Positions 45,333-54,835 of a stretch of DNA of 64,000 bases are shown here, piece after piece. The notes under the pieces are model-generated. The model saw only the letters and a list, made by a program, of their open reading frames with translations, did no database searches and was not told the origin of the DNA. Position numbers and translations under genes: made by a program. Numbering within the stretch: position 1 is the stretch's first letter; each line of letters starts with the position of its first letter. This DNA comes from an uncultured Chloroflexia bacterium (GTDB taxonomy: Bacteria; Chloroflexota; Limnocylindria; Limnocylindrales; CSP1-4). Location: the NCBI GenBank assembly GCA_963821595.1, contig CAWGEL010000026.1, positions 24,134-88,133 of the forward strand, given 5' to 3'.

Positions 45333-47981
45333 GTGGCGACCAGCGTCCGCTCGGGTTGGCATGACCGGATCCAGGCTCCGGCGAGCCCCTTCTCCGAGGC
45401 GACCCGGCCCCTGACCCGGGAGGCGGCGCTGGCCGAGGCGGAGCGCTGCCTGTTCTGCGACGAGGCGCCCTGCACGGCCGCGTGCCCGGCCCACGTCGAC
45501 GTCCCGGGCTTCATCCGCCAGGTTGCTACGGACAACCTTGCCGGCAGCGCGCGCACGATCCTTGCCGCCAACCCGCTGGGAGCCACCTGTGCGCGGGCCT
45601 GCCCGGTCGAAGTGCTCTGCGAAGGCGCCTGCGTGCGCGCCGACATTGACCGGCCCATCTCCATCGGCCGGCTCCAGCGCCACGCCATCGACGCCTATGC
45701 AGCATCGGGTCGGCCGTTCTTCCGCGCGGGCGACGCAGCAGGCCGGCGCGTCGCGGTGATCGGGGCCGGTCCGGCGGGTCTCGCCTGCGCCGTCGAGCTT
45801 CGCCGGGCGGGCATCGGCGTGACGATCTTCGAAGCGCGTGAACGGGCGGGCGGCCTCCCTGACAGCGCGATCGTCCCCTGGCGAATGGACCGCGCGATCC
45901 CCGCGCTGGAGGTGGCCGAGGTGGAACGCGTCGGCGCCGAGATCCGGCGCGGCGTGGCCGTCGGCCGGGACGTGGGCTGGGCCACGCTGCTCGCCGGCCA
46001 CGACGCCGTCTTCGCCGGCGTCGGCCTCGGCCGCAGCCGCCACCTCGGCATCCCCGGCGAGGACGTACCGGGCGTCGCGGACGCGCTCGACGTCCTGCGT
46101 CGCATCGCTGCCGGGGAGCGCGAGACGATCGAGCTCGGCCGTCGCGTCGCCATCATCGGCGGCGGCAGCACGGCCCTCGACGCGGCGGCCGCGGCCGCCA
46201 GGCTGGGCTGTCCGGAGGTCACCGTCTTCTACCGGCGAACCGAGGCAGAGGCGCCGGCGCATCCGCAGTCGATCCAGCTGGCCAGGTCCCTCGGCGTCCG
46301 GTTCGAGTGGCTCGCCGCTCCCGTCGCGATCCGCGCGGACGGGGCAGCGGTCGCGGTCACGTTCGACCGCATGCGCCTCGGCGACCCCGATGCCAGCGGG
46401 CGGCCGCGTCCCCTGGCGGTCCCGGGCGCGCTGATCCAGCGCAGCTTCGACATGGTCCTGCGGGCCGTCGGCGACGAAGTGGCGACCGACGACCTCGAAG
46501 GGCTGGGGCTGACGGTCGCGAACGGCCGAATCGACGGCGTGACGGGCGGCGGGGAGACCTCGAACCGCAGGGTTTGGGCGGGTGGCGACGCCGTCAACGG
46601 TGGCGCGGAGGTCGTCGACGCCGTGGCGGCGGGCCTGGCGGCCGCTCGCTCGATCGCCGCGGCACTGCGCGTGGCGGTTCGGCCCGCGGACATGCCCGCC
46701 CACGGTCCACGGATCGAGGTGGTCACGAGCACCAGCGCCCGCCAGACGGTCGACCTCTCCACGGACGTCGCCGGCGTCCGCAGCCCGAACCCGTTCTGGC
46801 TGGCCAGCGCTCCCCCGACCAACACGGGCGAGATGATCGTCCGGGCGTTCGAGGCGGGCTGGGGCGGCGCGGTCTGGAAGACGATCGGGGACCCGATCGT
46901 CAACGTCTCGCCCCGCCTGGGCTCGGTCACGGTCGGCGGCGCCCGCATGGCCGGCATCAACAACATCGAGCTGATCAGCGACCGGCCGATCGAGACGAAC
47001 CTGGCCGAGATCCGCGAGGTCAAGCGGCTGTTCCCCGACCGGGCCGTGGTGGCCTCGCTCATGTACCCGATGGAGCGGGCCCCCTGGATCGAGATCACGC
47101 GGCGCGTGAACGACACCGGGGCCGACGGCATCGAGCTCAATCTGAGCTGCCCGCACGGCATGGCCGAGCGTGGGATGGGCGCCGCAATCGGCCAGGTTCC
47201 CGAGTTCGTCGCCCGCTGCACGGCCTGGGTCAAGGAGGCGGCGCAGGTCCCGGTCTTCGTCAAGCTGACGCCCAACATCACGGACATCACCGCGGTCGCC
47301 AGGGCGGCGGTCGCGGCGGGCGCCGACGGGCTGGCGATGATCAACACCATCAGCTCGATCGTCGACGTGGACCTGGCGACGTGGACGCCGCGGCCGTCGG
47401 TCGCAGGCCGCTCCACCCACGGCGGCTATGCCGGCCCGGCCATCAAGCCGGTCGCGCTCAACATGCTGGCGGCCTGCGCCGCCGACCTGGGCGTGGGCGT
47501 GCCGCTGACGGGTGTCGGCGGCGTCGCGACCTGGCGCGATGCGGTGGAGTTCCTGCTGCTCGGTGCCTCCTCGGTGCAGGTCTGCACGGCGGTCATGCAC
47601 TTCGGCCACCGGATCATCGACGACCTGGCGGACGGCCTCGCCTCCTACCTGGCCGAACGCGGCCTCACCTCACCGGCAGAGCTGGTCGGCCGGGCCGTCC
47701 CGACCATGACCGACTGGGGACAGCTCGACCAGGGCTACCACGTCGTGGCGCGGATCGACCAGTCGCGCTGCATCCACTGCAATGTCTGCCACCGCGCGTG
47801 CGAGGACGGCGGCCACCAGTCGATCGCCCTGCGCCGCAACGGCCACGCCATGGTCGAGGTGGACGCCGAGACCTGCGTCGGCTGCGGCCTGTGCGCGATG
47901 GTGTGCCCGATGGAAGACTGCATCTCGCTGGTGTCGTCAGACCACGCACCGCGCACCCACGACCGCCCGGTACACGCCTGA
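45333..47981 (+). CDS. fused PreT-PreA type dihydropyrimidine dehydrogenase-like oxidoreductase
   Basis: The N-terminal half is GltD/PreT-like (CLFCDEAPCTAACPAHVDVPGFI, VAVIGAGPAGLACA, VAIIGGGSTALD). The C-terminal half is PreA/dihydroorotate-dehydrogenase-like (GIELNLSCPHGM...VFVKLTPNITDI...GGYAGPAIKP) with terminal 2x[4Fe-4S] ferredoxin motifs (CIHCNVCHRAC, CVGCGLCAMVCP). GTG at 45333 follows GAGG. Confidence 0.85.
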   Translation: MATSVRSGWHDRIQAPASPFSEATRPLTREAALAEAERCLFCDEAPCTAACPAHVDVPGFIRQVATDNLAGSARTILAANPLGATCARACPVEVLCEGACVRADIDRPISIGRLQRHAIDAYAASGRPFFRAGDAAGRRVAVIGAGPAGLACAVELRRAGIGVTIFEARERAGGLPDSAIVPWRMDRAIPALEVAEVERVGAEIRRGVAVGRDVGWATLLAGHDAVFAGVGLGRSRHLGIPGEDVPGVADALDVLRRIAAGERETIELGRRVAIIGGGSTALDAAAAAARLGCPEVTVFYRRTEAEAPAHPQSIQLARSLGVRFEWLAAPVAIRADGAAVAVTFDRMRLGDPDASGRPRPLAVPGALIQRSFDMVLRAVGDEVATDDLEGLGLTVANGRIDGVTGGGETSNRRVWAGGDAVNGGAEVVDAVAAGLAAARSIAAALRVAVRPADMPAHGPRIEVVTSTSARQTVDLSTDVAGVRSPNPFWLASAPPTNTGEMIVRAFEAGWGGAVWKTIGDPIVNVSPRLGSVTVGGARMAGINNIELISDRPIETNLAEIREVKRLFPDRAVVASLMYPMERAPWIEITRRVNDTGADGIELNLSCPHGMAERGMGAAIGQVPEFVARCTAWVKEAAQVPVFVKLTPNITDITAVARAAVAAGADGLAMINTISSIVDVDLATWTPRPSVAGRSTHGGYAGPAIKPVALNMLAACAADLGVGVPLTGVGGVATWRDAVEFLLLGASSVQVCTAVMHFGHRIIDDLADGLASYLAERGLTSPAELVGRAVPTMTDWGQLDQGYHVVARIDQSRCIHCNVCHRACEDGGHQSIALRRNGHAMVEVDAETCVGCGLCAMVCPMEDCISLVSSDHAPRTHDRPVHA

Positions 47982-48039
47982 GCCCAAAGCGGACGGTCCT
48001 GGATGCGGATGGAGGCCTCGTCCCGCGCGAGCAGCCCGC

Positions 48040-51000
48040 CTAACCCGGGCGGGCCATCTCGACCAGGCGGCAAAGGGCGTTGGCCAGGCGGATCTGGCGC
48101 GGCGTCCGGCACGCGACGCGGACGAGCTCGGGCGACGCGACCACGACAGCCAGGCAGCGGGCGCGCGACGTGGCCACGTTGAGTCGATTGAGCGAATAGA
48201 GGAACTCCATCCCGCGCGGTGCGTCCTCGGGCGACGACGAGCCCATCGCGTAGATCGACAGCGGGGCCTCCTGGCCCTGGAACTTGTCGACGGTGCCGAC
48301 GCGAACGCCACCCAGCCCGGCGCGCCGGAGCGTGGCCGCGATCCGCTCGACGTGGGCGTTGTACGGGGCGACGATCAGCACATCGTCCTGGCGCAGCGGC
48401 GCGACCGAGCCCCGGGCGTCGGTCCAGGTCGCCCTGCCGGGTCGCTCGAAGAGGGCGCCGAGGAGCGTCGCGATGGTCGCCGCCTCCTCGGGGCTGTCGA
48501 TGTCATTGCCGGCGTGCCGCACGGGCACGAAACGGATGCCGGTTCCGTCCAGGACCCCGGCGCCCGCCAGCGACTGGCGCTCGCGGCCGGCCTCCGGGGC
48601 GAGCTTGCCTTCGTAGAAGACCTCGCTCGTGAAGGCGCAGACGTCCGGATGCAGGCGCCACGTCCGCTCCAGGAACAGCCCCGCGTCCGGCGGGATCGTG
48701 GCGCGGTCGCCCAGCAGGTGGGCCAGCGCCGAGCGCTCGGCGCCCGGCGGGTGGCTGCCCTGCGTCGGCTGGTCCAGCTGCTGGGGATCGCCGAGCAGGA
48801 CGAGCGACCGCGCGGCCGGTGACACGGCCACCGTGTTGGCGAGCGAGACCTGGCCGGCCTCGTCCACGACGAGGACGTCGACACGTTCACGCAGGTCGGC
48901 CCGTGCCCACAGCCAGGCGGTACCCCCAACGATGTCGACTCCGTTGCTGGCGAGGGCGGCGACGACCTCGGCGTTCTCCTTGTAGGCGGATGCATGGTCG
49001 CTCGTCGGCTCGCCGTCCAGGCCGGTCTTCTGGCCGATCCGGATGCGCCCGCGGCCAGGCCGGGCCGCCGCCTGCTCGGCGATGGCCCTGGCCACCTCGT
49101 CGAGGACGTGGCCGATCACCTTGTGGCTGTTCGCCGTCACCCCCACCTTCCAGCCGGCCGCCGCCAGGGCGACGATCATCCTGGCGCCGGTCCACGTCTT
49201 GCCCGTGCCGGGCGGCCCCTGGATCGGCAGCGTGCTCTCGTCCAGGGCGAGCGCAAGGCGCGCGGTGGCGTCCAGGGCGGGTTCGCCGGGGAGCCGAAGT
49301 GGCGCCCACGGCATCCGCCCGGCGATCCGCGGCGTGCGCCGAAGCAGCAGCTGGCGGGCTGCGCCGAATGGCCCCGGGTCCTCGATGCCGTGGTCCGCGA
49401 CCCATCTCCCCACCTCGATCAGCGACTCCTCCTGGGCGTCCGTCGACACGTGGTCGCCCGGGATCAACGAGGAGGGTTCGCCCCGCGCGAGCTCGCCCTT
49501 CGTTCGCCGCAGGACGATCGTGAGGCCGGCCTCGTCGATCGCCTCGACCGTGCCCGCGGATCGACCGGTCCTCGGGTCGTCGACGCGACGCCCGGCCTTG
49601 ATGGCGTGGTCCTGAACTGGGAACCCGAAGCGCTGCAGGCGGCCACCGCGGCCGGCCTCGCCCAGCTCCTCGAGCAGCGTCACCTGGCCGATCGGCTCCC
49701 GCTCGTCGACGAGGTCCTCGTCGGTCATCGAGCGCAGGTCGTAGTAGCGCCACCAGAACGCCTTGTCCTCGCGCCGGTGCCACTCGAGCAGCTGGGCCAG
49801 CAACCAGGTAGCGTGCTCCGCCGGGGTCAGGTCCGTCGATGCGCGGTCGGCGAGGCCTGCCGTCAGGCGCTCGACGAGGGCCGCGACGCGCGCCTGGCGC
49901 TCGGTCAGCGGCCGCGCCGCGGCCGCCTCCGGGCTGGCGGGCGGCCTCGGCACGTCACGACCGAGTTGCGCGACGAGGTCGAGGCGGCGCGCTTCGAGCC
50001 AGTCGCGGAGGCGCCAGTTCGACAGCACGTCGTCGCGGTTGTAGCCGGCGATCTCGGCCAGGATCGCCTCCCCGACCGCCCCTTCCTCGCTGGCCCCGCC
50101 CTCCAGCCACGCCTCGAAGTCGACGATGCTCGAACTGGCGGAGCGGAGCTCCACCTCCCGGCGCAGGCCGTAGAGCGGCTCGAGGCGCTTGATCGAGTAG
50201 CTCTCGACGCCCGCCCGGATCCCCTGCCGGACGACCCGGTAGAGGTCGACCAGGACGCCGCCCCGCAGCAGCCGATCGACCTCGTGCTCGCGAGTCGCGT
50301 GGCGCTGGGCCAGGCGGGCCAGGGCGGTACGCTCGTAGGCGGCGTAGTGGTACACGTGGAGCGTCGGGTCGGCATCGAGACGCCCGACGAGCAGGTCCAC
50401 GAGCGCTTCGAACGCACGCTTCTCGGCGGCGCGGGTCACGTCGCCCGCCGCGTCACGGCTCCAGATCTCGTGGAAGCGGGGGGCCGGCGAACCGTCCCCC
50501 AGGAGGCGGCCATCCGGGTCGGCCGCGGCGGGCTCGAGCACGCCGAACAGGTAATCGACACCGTCATCGAGGGCGAACGGATCGCCTTCGATGTCGAAGA
50601 AGAGATCGTTCGGGCTGGGCTCCGGCAGGACGAGGAACCCGCGGTCCGGCGTCAGCGCGCGCTTACCGGTCGACGGGTCGTCGGTCCACTCGGGGTCGAG
50701 CAGCTCCCAGCGCGGCGTCGGGAGCCCATCGCTCTCGACCTGGATGCGCGCCTGTTCGCGGGCGCGCGCGAGGGCCGCATCGCTGCTCCGCTCCAGCTTC
50801 GGCCGCAACGGCAGGGCCAGGCCGGCCAGCCCGGCACGGGTCGGCACGCCCCGCTCCTTGAGGCCGCGGCGGAGGCGGCCGCTGATGCCTGCCACCAGGC
50901 TGAGGTCGTCGTCGGCGCGGCGACGCGCCCGGCAGGCCGGGTTCCAGCGGCAGACCTCGCAGTGCTCGACGGGCTCCGGGTAGGTGGTGGGCGGAGGGTA

Positions 51001-51663
51001 TGCCGGCGGGCCGGCGCGGATGTCGTCGACGGCCGCCTCGAACTGCGCCTTCACGCGCCGGAAGTAGGCCATGGCGTCGGCCACGCGCAGGGTCACCGTC
51101 TCCCGCGAGCTGCCACCCAGCACGACATGGAAGCGCTCCGGGAGCCGGGCCTGGACTGCGGTCAGTTGCTCCACGTACGAGCAGATCTGCACGACCGCGC
51201 CGCCGGTGACGTGGCGGGCGAGCTTCGTGTCGGCGACCTCGTAGTGCCAGTCGCCGAGGTCCGAGGCGCCGGCGACGCGAAGGAGGAAGTCGGCATGGCC
51301 GCGCCAGGTGCCGTCGAAGAACGTGGCCTGGTAGACGACATCGACGCCTGCCTCAAGGGCGGCCCGGGTGGCCGCCGCCGCCTCGCGCAGGGCCGCGCCC
51401 GCGTCCGGGCGCAGGCCGTCGACCGCCGAACCGTCCTTGTCGATCCGGACGACCGTCCGCCCGCTCGCCTCGAGGTCGGCAAGGTAGCGGCGCTCGTGCT
51501 CCTCGCCGCGCTTCGCGACCAGCTCGATCGACGGGTCGTTGCGGATGGGCTTCTGAACCAGGCCGGCGAGCGCGGCCCGCTCCAGGGCGAGCCGGTGCTC
51601 GCAGGCAAGGAAGCCCACGAGGTCCGTGGCGGCGTACACGGGGCGACCGTCGATCAGCTGCAT
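48040..51663 (-). CDS. TM0106-family RecB-like nuclease fused to RNase H-like domain and SF1 (DNA2/NAM7-like) helicase
   Basis: N-terminus YAATDLVGFLACEHRLALE ... CEVCRWNPAC (PD-(D/E)xK/Cas4-like with Cys cluster). FFDIEGDPF (RNase H-like). Walker A IQGPPGTGKTW, Walker B VLVVDEAGQ, and TVDKFQGQEA helicase motifs. 1207 aa. Confidence 0.85.
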   Translation of the reverse strand: MQLIDGRPVYAATDLVGFLACEHRLALERAALAGLVQKPIRNDPSIELVAKRGEEHERRYLADLEASGRTVVRIDKDGSAVDGLRPDAGAALREAAAATRAALEAGVDVVYQATFFDGTWRGHADFLLRVAGASDLGDWHYEVADTKLARHVTGGAVVQICSYVEQLTAVQARLPERFHVVLGGSSRETVTLRVADAMAYFRRVKAQFEAAVDDIRAGPPAYPPPTTYPEPVEHCEVCRWNPACRARRRADDDLSLVAGISGRLRRGLKERGVPTRAGLAGLALPLRPKLERSSDAALARAREQARIQVESDGLPTPRWELLDPEWTDDPSTGKRALTPDRGFLVLPEPSPNDLFFDIEGDPFALDDGVDYLFGVLEPAAADPDGRLLGDGSPAPRFHEIWSRDAAGDVTRAAEKRAFEALVDLLVGRLDADPTLHVYHYAAYERTALARLAQRHATREHEVDRLLRGGVLVDLYRVVRQGIRAGVESYSIKRLEPLYGLRREVELRSASSSIVDFEAWLEGGASEEGAVGEAILAEIAGYNRDDVLSNWRLRDWLEARRLDLVAQLGRDVPRPPASPEAAAARPLTERQARVAALVERLTAGLADRASTDLTPAEHATWLLAQLLEWHRREDKAFWWRYYDLRSMTDEDLVDEREPIGQVTLLEELGEAGRGGRLQRFGFPVQDHAIKAGRRVDDPRTGRSAGTVEAIDEAGLTIVLRRTKGELARGEPSSLIPGDHVSTDAQEESLIEVGRWVADHGIEDPGPFGAARQLLLRRTPRIAGRMPWAPLRLPGEPALDATARLALALDESTLPIQGPPGTGKTWTGARMIVALAAAGWKVGVTANSHKVIGHVLDEVARAIAEQAAARPGRGRIRIGQKTGLDGEPTSDHASAYKENAEVVAALASNGVDIVGGTAWLWARADLRERVDVLVVDEAGQVSLANTVAVSPAARSLVLLGDPQQLDQPTQGSHPPGAERSALAHLLGDRATIPPDAGLFLERTWRLHPDVCAFTSEVFYEGKLAPEAGRERQSLAGAGVLDGTGIRFVPVRHAGNDIDSPEEAATIATLLGALFERPGRATWTDARGSVAPLRQDDVLIVAPYNAHVERIAATLRRAGLGGVRVGTVDKFQGQEAPLSIYAMGSSSPEDAPRGMEFLYSLNRLNVATSRARCLAVVVASPELVRVACRTPRQIRLANALCRLVEMARPG

Positions 51664-51702
51664 GCGACTGTGATCCTAGCGGCGAGCCGTGCCAGCTCGG
51701 GC

Positions 51703-51826
51703 GGCATGGCGCGGGCGACGTGGCGGATCGGGTGGCATGGCGCGGGCGACGTGGCGGATCGGGTGGCATGGCGCGGGCGACGCGGCGGATCGGGTGGCAT
51801 GGCGCGGGCGACGTGGCGGATCAGGT
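51703..51826. repeat. 31-bp tandem repeat x4
   Basis: GGCATGGCGCGGGCGACGTGGCGGATCGGGT occurs head to tail four times (units 3 and 4 each have one substitution), starting 40 nt upstream of the nuclease/helicase start codon. Confidence 0.95.
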
Positions 51827-52009
51827 GGCCGAACGCTGCGTCCGGCGAGGGCCGAACCAGACGACCGTAATGGCAATCCTTTGTGCGTTCGCGCCGGATT
51901 CCGGCGTATCTGGACGCCGAGATCGGGCTCACCGAACGGAGTCCTGACCGTACCTGCCCACATTCCATGCGCTGGCTCCCTGCGGCGGACGCGAGCGCAC
52001 GAATCATTG

Positions 52010-52180
52010 CCGGAACGGCACGGCGGGGAGCCCGCCCGGCCGGAACGGCACGGCGGGGAGCCCGCCCGGCCGGAACGGCACGGCGGGGAGCCCGCCCGGC
52101 CGGAACGGCACGGCGGGGAGCCCGCCCGGCCGGAACGGCACGGCCGGGAGCCCGCCCAGCCGGAACCGCACGGCGGGCGC
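52010..52180. repeat. 30-bp tandem repeat x5 plus a degenerate sixth unit
   Basis: CCGGAACGGCACGGCGGGGAGCCCGCCCGG is perfect four times. A fifth unit has 2 changes and is followed by a degenerate unit. The array ends about 45 nt before the ATG at 52225. Confidence 0.95.
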
Positions 52181-52224
52181 CAGCCGGCCCGCCACGACAC
52201 GCTCCGCCCCTACACTCACGCCCG

Positions 52225-53472
52225 ATGCTCGCCAACGTCCGCAACTGGGCGGAGCCCAGGACCGGCCCGCTGCTCTTCCTGGCCACCGCGACGATCTACC
52301 TGGCCGTCGGCCCGTGGTCGACGGCCGACTCCTTCGCGCCGCTGGCGGACGCGTTCCTCCACGGTCGGCTGTTCGTGACGATCCCATTGCCGGCGCTGGA
52401 GATGGTGCCGCGCGCCGGAGGCGGCCTCTACAGCCCATTCCCGCCGGTGCCCGCCGTGGTCATGGCCCCGTTCGTGGCCATCCTCGGGACCGCCTGGGTC
52501 GACACCAACTGGACGACCGCGATCGCCGGCGGGGTGTCGGCCTGGCTGATGTGGAGCGTGCTCCTGCGCCTTGGCCTGGAGCGCAGCGTGGCTCGGTGGA
52601 TGACCGTCGCCTTCGCGTTCGGCTCCGAGCTCCTCTTCGTGGGCGCGACGGGCGGGCAGCATCACTGGCCCCAGGTGCTCGCGCTCTGCCTGGCCCTGGC
52701 GGCGTTCCGCCTGGCCATCGACGGGCGATGGCCGGTCGCCGCCGGGCTGGCCCTGGGCCTGGCCGCCGGCTCACGACTGCCGGCCGTCATGGCGGCCCCA
52801 CTCTTCCTGGCTGCCTGCGCGGCGCCGGCGGGCGGCGTTCGTCCGGTGCTGAGCCCTGGCACGATCCGGTCGGTCGACCGCGCCGGAATGATCCGGGCGG
52901 GCCGCTTCGCCTTCGGCCTTGCCATTCCGCTCGTCGCCCTCGGCTGGTACAACGCAGCCCGGTTCGGATCGCCGGTCGAATTCGGCTACGGGCTGATCGT
53001 CAACCCGGCAACCGGCCGATCGGTCCTGGAGGAGCCCTGGTATGCGCAGGGAATCGAATCGATCGCCTACGTGCCGCGGAACCTCTACGCGATCTTCTTT
53101 CGCTCGTTCGACTTCGTCGAGCAGGCGCCATGGCTGCGCCCGAACTGGATGGGCACGTCGATCCTGCTGACGATGCCGGCGCTCCTCTACCTGATCCGGG
53201 CGCGTCTGCGCGACCCGCTCGTCGCCTGGTGCCTGCTTGCGGCGGCCATGGCGCTGGTGCCGGACCTCCTGCACGGGGCCGTCGGGTTCGCCCAGTTCGG
53301 GTACCGCTTCATCCTCGACGCGCTGCCTTACCTCTGGATCGCGCTGGCCATCACCCTGCGCGACAGCCTGGTCCGCGGCGACCGCCTGGTGCGCGCCGCG
53401 CTGATCGCCGGGATGGTGGCGAACGCGTATGGCCTGATCGCGATCTGGGGCCTGGGCTTCGTGTCCTACTGA
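52225..53472 (+). CDS. polytopic membrane protein, GT-C-fold glycosyltransferase-like (ArnT/PMT_2-like)
   Basis: 415 aa with about 10 TM helices. The first loop STADSFAPLADAFLHGRLF..., YSPFPPVPA and the overall architecture resemble GT-C glycosyltransferases. The upstream part of ORF 51883-53472 is translation of the 30-bp repeat and is not considered coding. Confidence 0.55.
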   Translation: MLANVRNWAEPRTGPLLFLATATIYLAVGPWSTADSFAPLADAFLHGRLFVTIPLPALEMVPRAGGGLYSPFPPVPAVVMAPFVAILGTAWVDTNWTTAIAGGVSAWLMWSVLLRLGLERSVARWMTVAFAFGSELLFVGATGGQHHWPQVLALCLALAAFRLAIDGRWPVAAGLALGLAAGSRLPAVMAAPLFLAACAAPAGGVRPVLSPGTIRSVDRAGMIRAGRFAFGLAIPLVALGWYNAARFGSPVEFGYGLIVNPATGRSVLEEPWYAQGIESIAYVPRNLYAIFFRSFDFVEQAPWLRPNWMGTSILLTMPALLYLIRARLRDPLVAWCLLAAAMALVPDLLHGAVGFAQFGYRFILDALPYLWIALAITLRDSLVRGDRLVRAALIAGMVANAYGLIAIWGLGFVSY

Positions 53473-53560
53473 GCCGGAGCCGCGAAGCATCGGCGCGCCG
53501 GCCCGGGGGCGCGCCGGCCCGGGGGCGCGAGGACCGGAGGCGCGAGGCACGGCGCGAAGC

Positions 53561-54835
53561 TCAGCGGGCGTGCCGGCCCGGCGCCCGGGTCGCCGCGACG
53601 CCCGTCGGCATCCGGGAGTGCTCGGCATACGACGCCGTCGAGTACATCGCCTTGCGGGCAAGCTCCGGCATCGGGCCGCCAAGCGCCGGCGCCCTGGCCT
53701 CGAGGGCGGCCAGCGTGCCGGCGATCTCGGCGTCGCTCCCGGCGTAGGCGCGGATCCTGCGGGCCGTCCCGGCGATCACGTCCCGCGCCCCCTCGTAGTC
53801 ACCGGTCCGATTGCGCGTGGCTGCCTCGCGCACGGCCCGGGCGGCGAACACGCGGGCGACCGCCCGGTCGACGTCGAGGTCGCGAGCCTGCCGGTCATTG
53901 GTCGCGTCGTCGGCATGCTCCCACGTCACGCCCAGCGTGCCACCGGCGAGGACGCCGTCGCGATCGGACGCCGCCACCACGGCCCGCACGGCCCGGCCCG
54001 ACTCGCCGTACGGGAACCGCAGCCGCAGCACGATCTCGACCTCCTGGTCCGCGCTGAGGTCCCCGAGCGCGACCCGGGTCCGGTCGTCGTGGAGCGAGGT
54101 CGGGAAGGCCGTCAGGGCCTCGATCTCGACGCCGGCCGGGGCGCTGACGTCCAGCACGACGTCGCGGGCCGTGATCGCCAGCGTCTCGCCGACCTCAGAC
54201 GTCATGTAGTCAGGGATGGACGAGCCCTCGGCGATGAAGTAGAAGTGGCCGGCGCCCGCCTCGGCCATCCCGGCCAGGAGGACCTCGTCGAAGTCGCGCC
54301 CGACGCCGAACGTGGTGGTGGAGACGCCGCGTGCCCGCAGCTCGCCGGCGTGATGGCGAAGCTCATCAGGGTCGGTCATGCCGACGTTGGCCAGGCCGTC
54401 GGTCAGCAGCAGGCAACGGTTCACGCCGTCAGGGCGGAGATCGGTCGCGACCTGCTCGCAGCCCCGCAGCCAGCCGCCAGCCAGGTCCGTGCTGTCCCGG
54501 GCATCGATGGAGCGAATGCGCTCGATCGCCGCGCTGCGCGCGTCCGGCGTCGCGAGCGAGCCCGGCACCACGACGTCCACCCGGTCGTCGTACGCCACCA
54601 CGGCGAAGCGGTCGTCGGCGCGGAGGCGGCCGATCGCGTCCTCCACGGCCGCCCGCGCGAGGCGGATCTTGTCGCCGGCCATCGAGCCCGACCTGTCGAG
54701 GACGAAGGCCAGGTTGACCGAACGTCGCGGAGCGTTCGCTGCCGCCGACGGGGCGGTGACCGTGGCCAGGAGGTAGCGCGTGCTCCGGTGGATGGCGCGG
54801 ACGTAGCGTCGATCGGTGCGAACGGACAGCGTCAT
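53561..54835 (-). CDS. von Willebrand factor type A (VWA) domain protein
   Basis: MIDAS motif VNLAFVLDRSGSMAGDKI ... STDLAGGW ... LLTDGLANVG, with a C-terminal ~200-aa extension. ATG at 54835 overlaps the MerR stop (ATGA). Confidence 0.85.
   Translation of the reverse strand: MTLSVRTDRRYVRAIHRSTRYLLATVTAPSAAANAPRRSVNLAFVLDRSGSMAGDKIRLARAAVEDAIGRLRADDRFAVVAYDDRVDVVVPGSLATPDARSAAIERIRSIDARDSTDLAGGWLRGCEQVATDLRPDGVNRCLLLTDGLANVGMTDPDELRHHAGELRARGVSTTTFGVGRDFDEVLLAGMAEAGAGHFYFIAEGSSIPDYMTSEVGETLAITARDVVLDVSAPAGVEIEALTAFPTSLHDDRTRVALGDLSADQEVEIVLRLRFPYGESGRAVRAVVAASDRDGVLAGGTLGVTWEHADDATNDRQARDLDVDRAVARVFAARAVREAATRNRTGDYEGARDVIAGTARRIRAYAGSDAEIAGTLAALEARAPALGGPMPELARKAMYSTASYAEHSRMPTGVAATRAPGRHAR

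Noticed and set aside
48035-48053. Hairpin CCCGCC-N7-GGCGGG at the convergent 3' ends of the DPD and helicase genes, as a possible bidirectional terminator
   Set aside because: The stem is only 6 bp, there is no U-tract, and it overlaps the helicase stop codon. This is too weak to call.
48994-51870. 958-aa plus-strand ORF antisense to the nuclease/helicase gene, and 820-aa ORF 45147-47609 antisense to the DPD gene
   Set aside because: The reasoning is the same. No motifs, Arg/Gly/Asp-rich composition, and the opposite strand carries unambiguous enzyme motifs.
51703-52180. Possible CRISPR array, suggested by regular ~30-bp repeats
   Set aside because: Units are directly adjacent with no unique spacers. 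Two different repeat families are separated by 180 nt. No cas genes are present. These are plain tandem repeats.
51883-52224. N-terminal extension of ORF 51883-53472 encoding (GTARRGARPA)n
   Set aside because: It is simply the translation of the 30-bp tandem repeat. The composition is Arg/Gly/Pro/Ala junk, and the membrane protein has a sensible N-terminus from the ATG at 52225.
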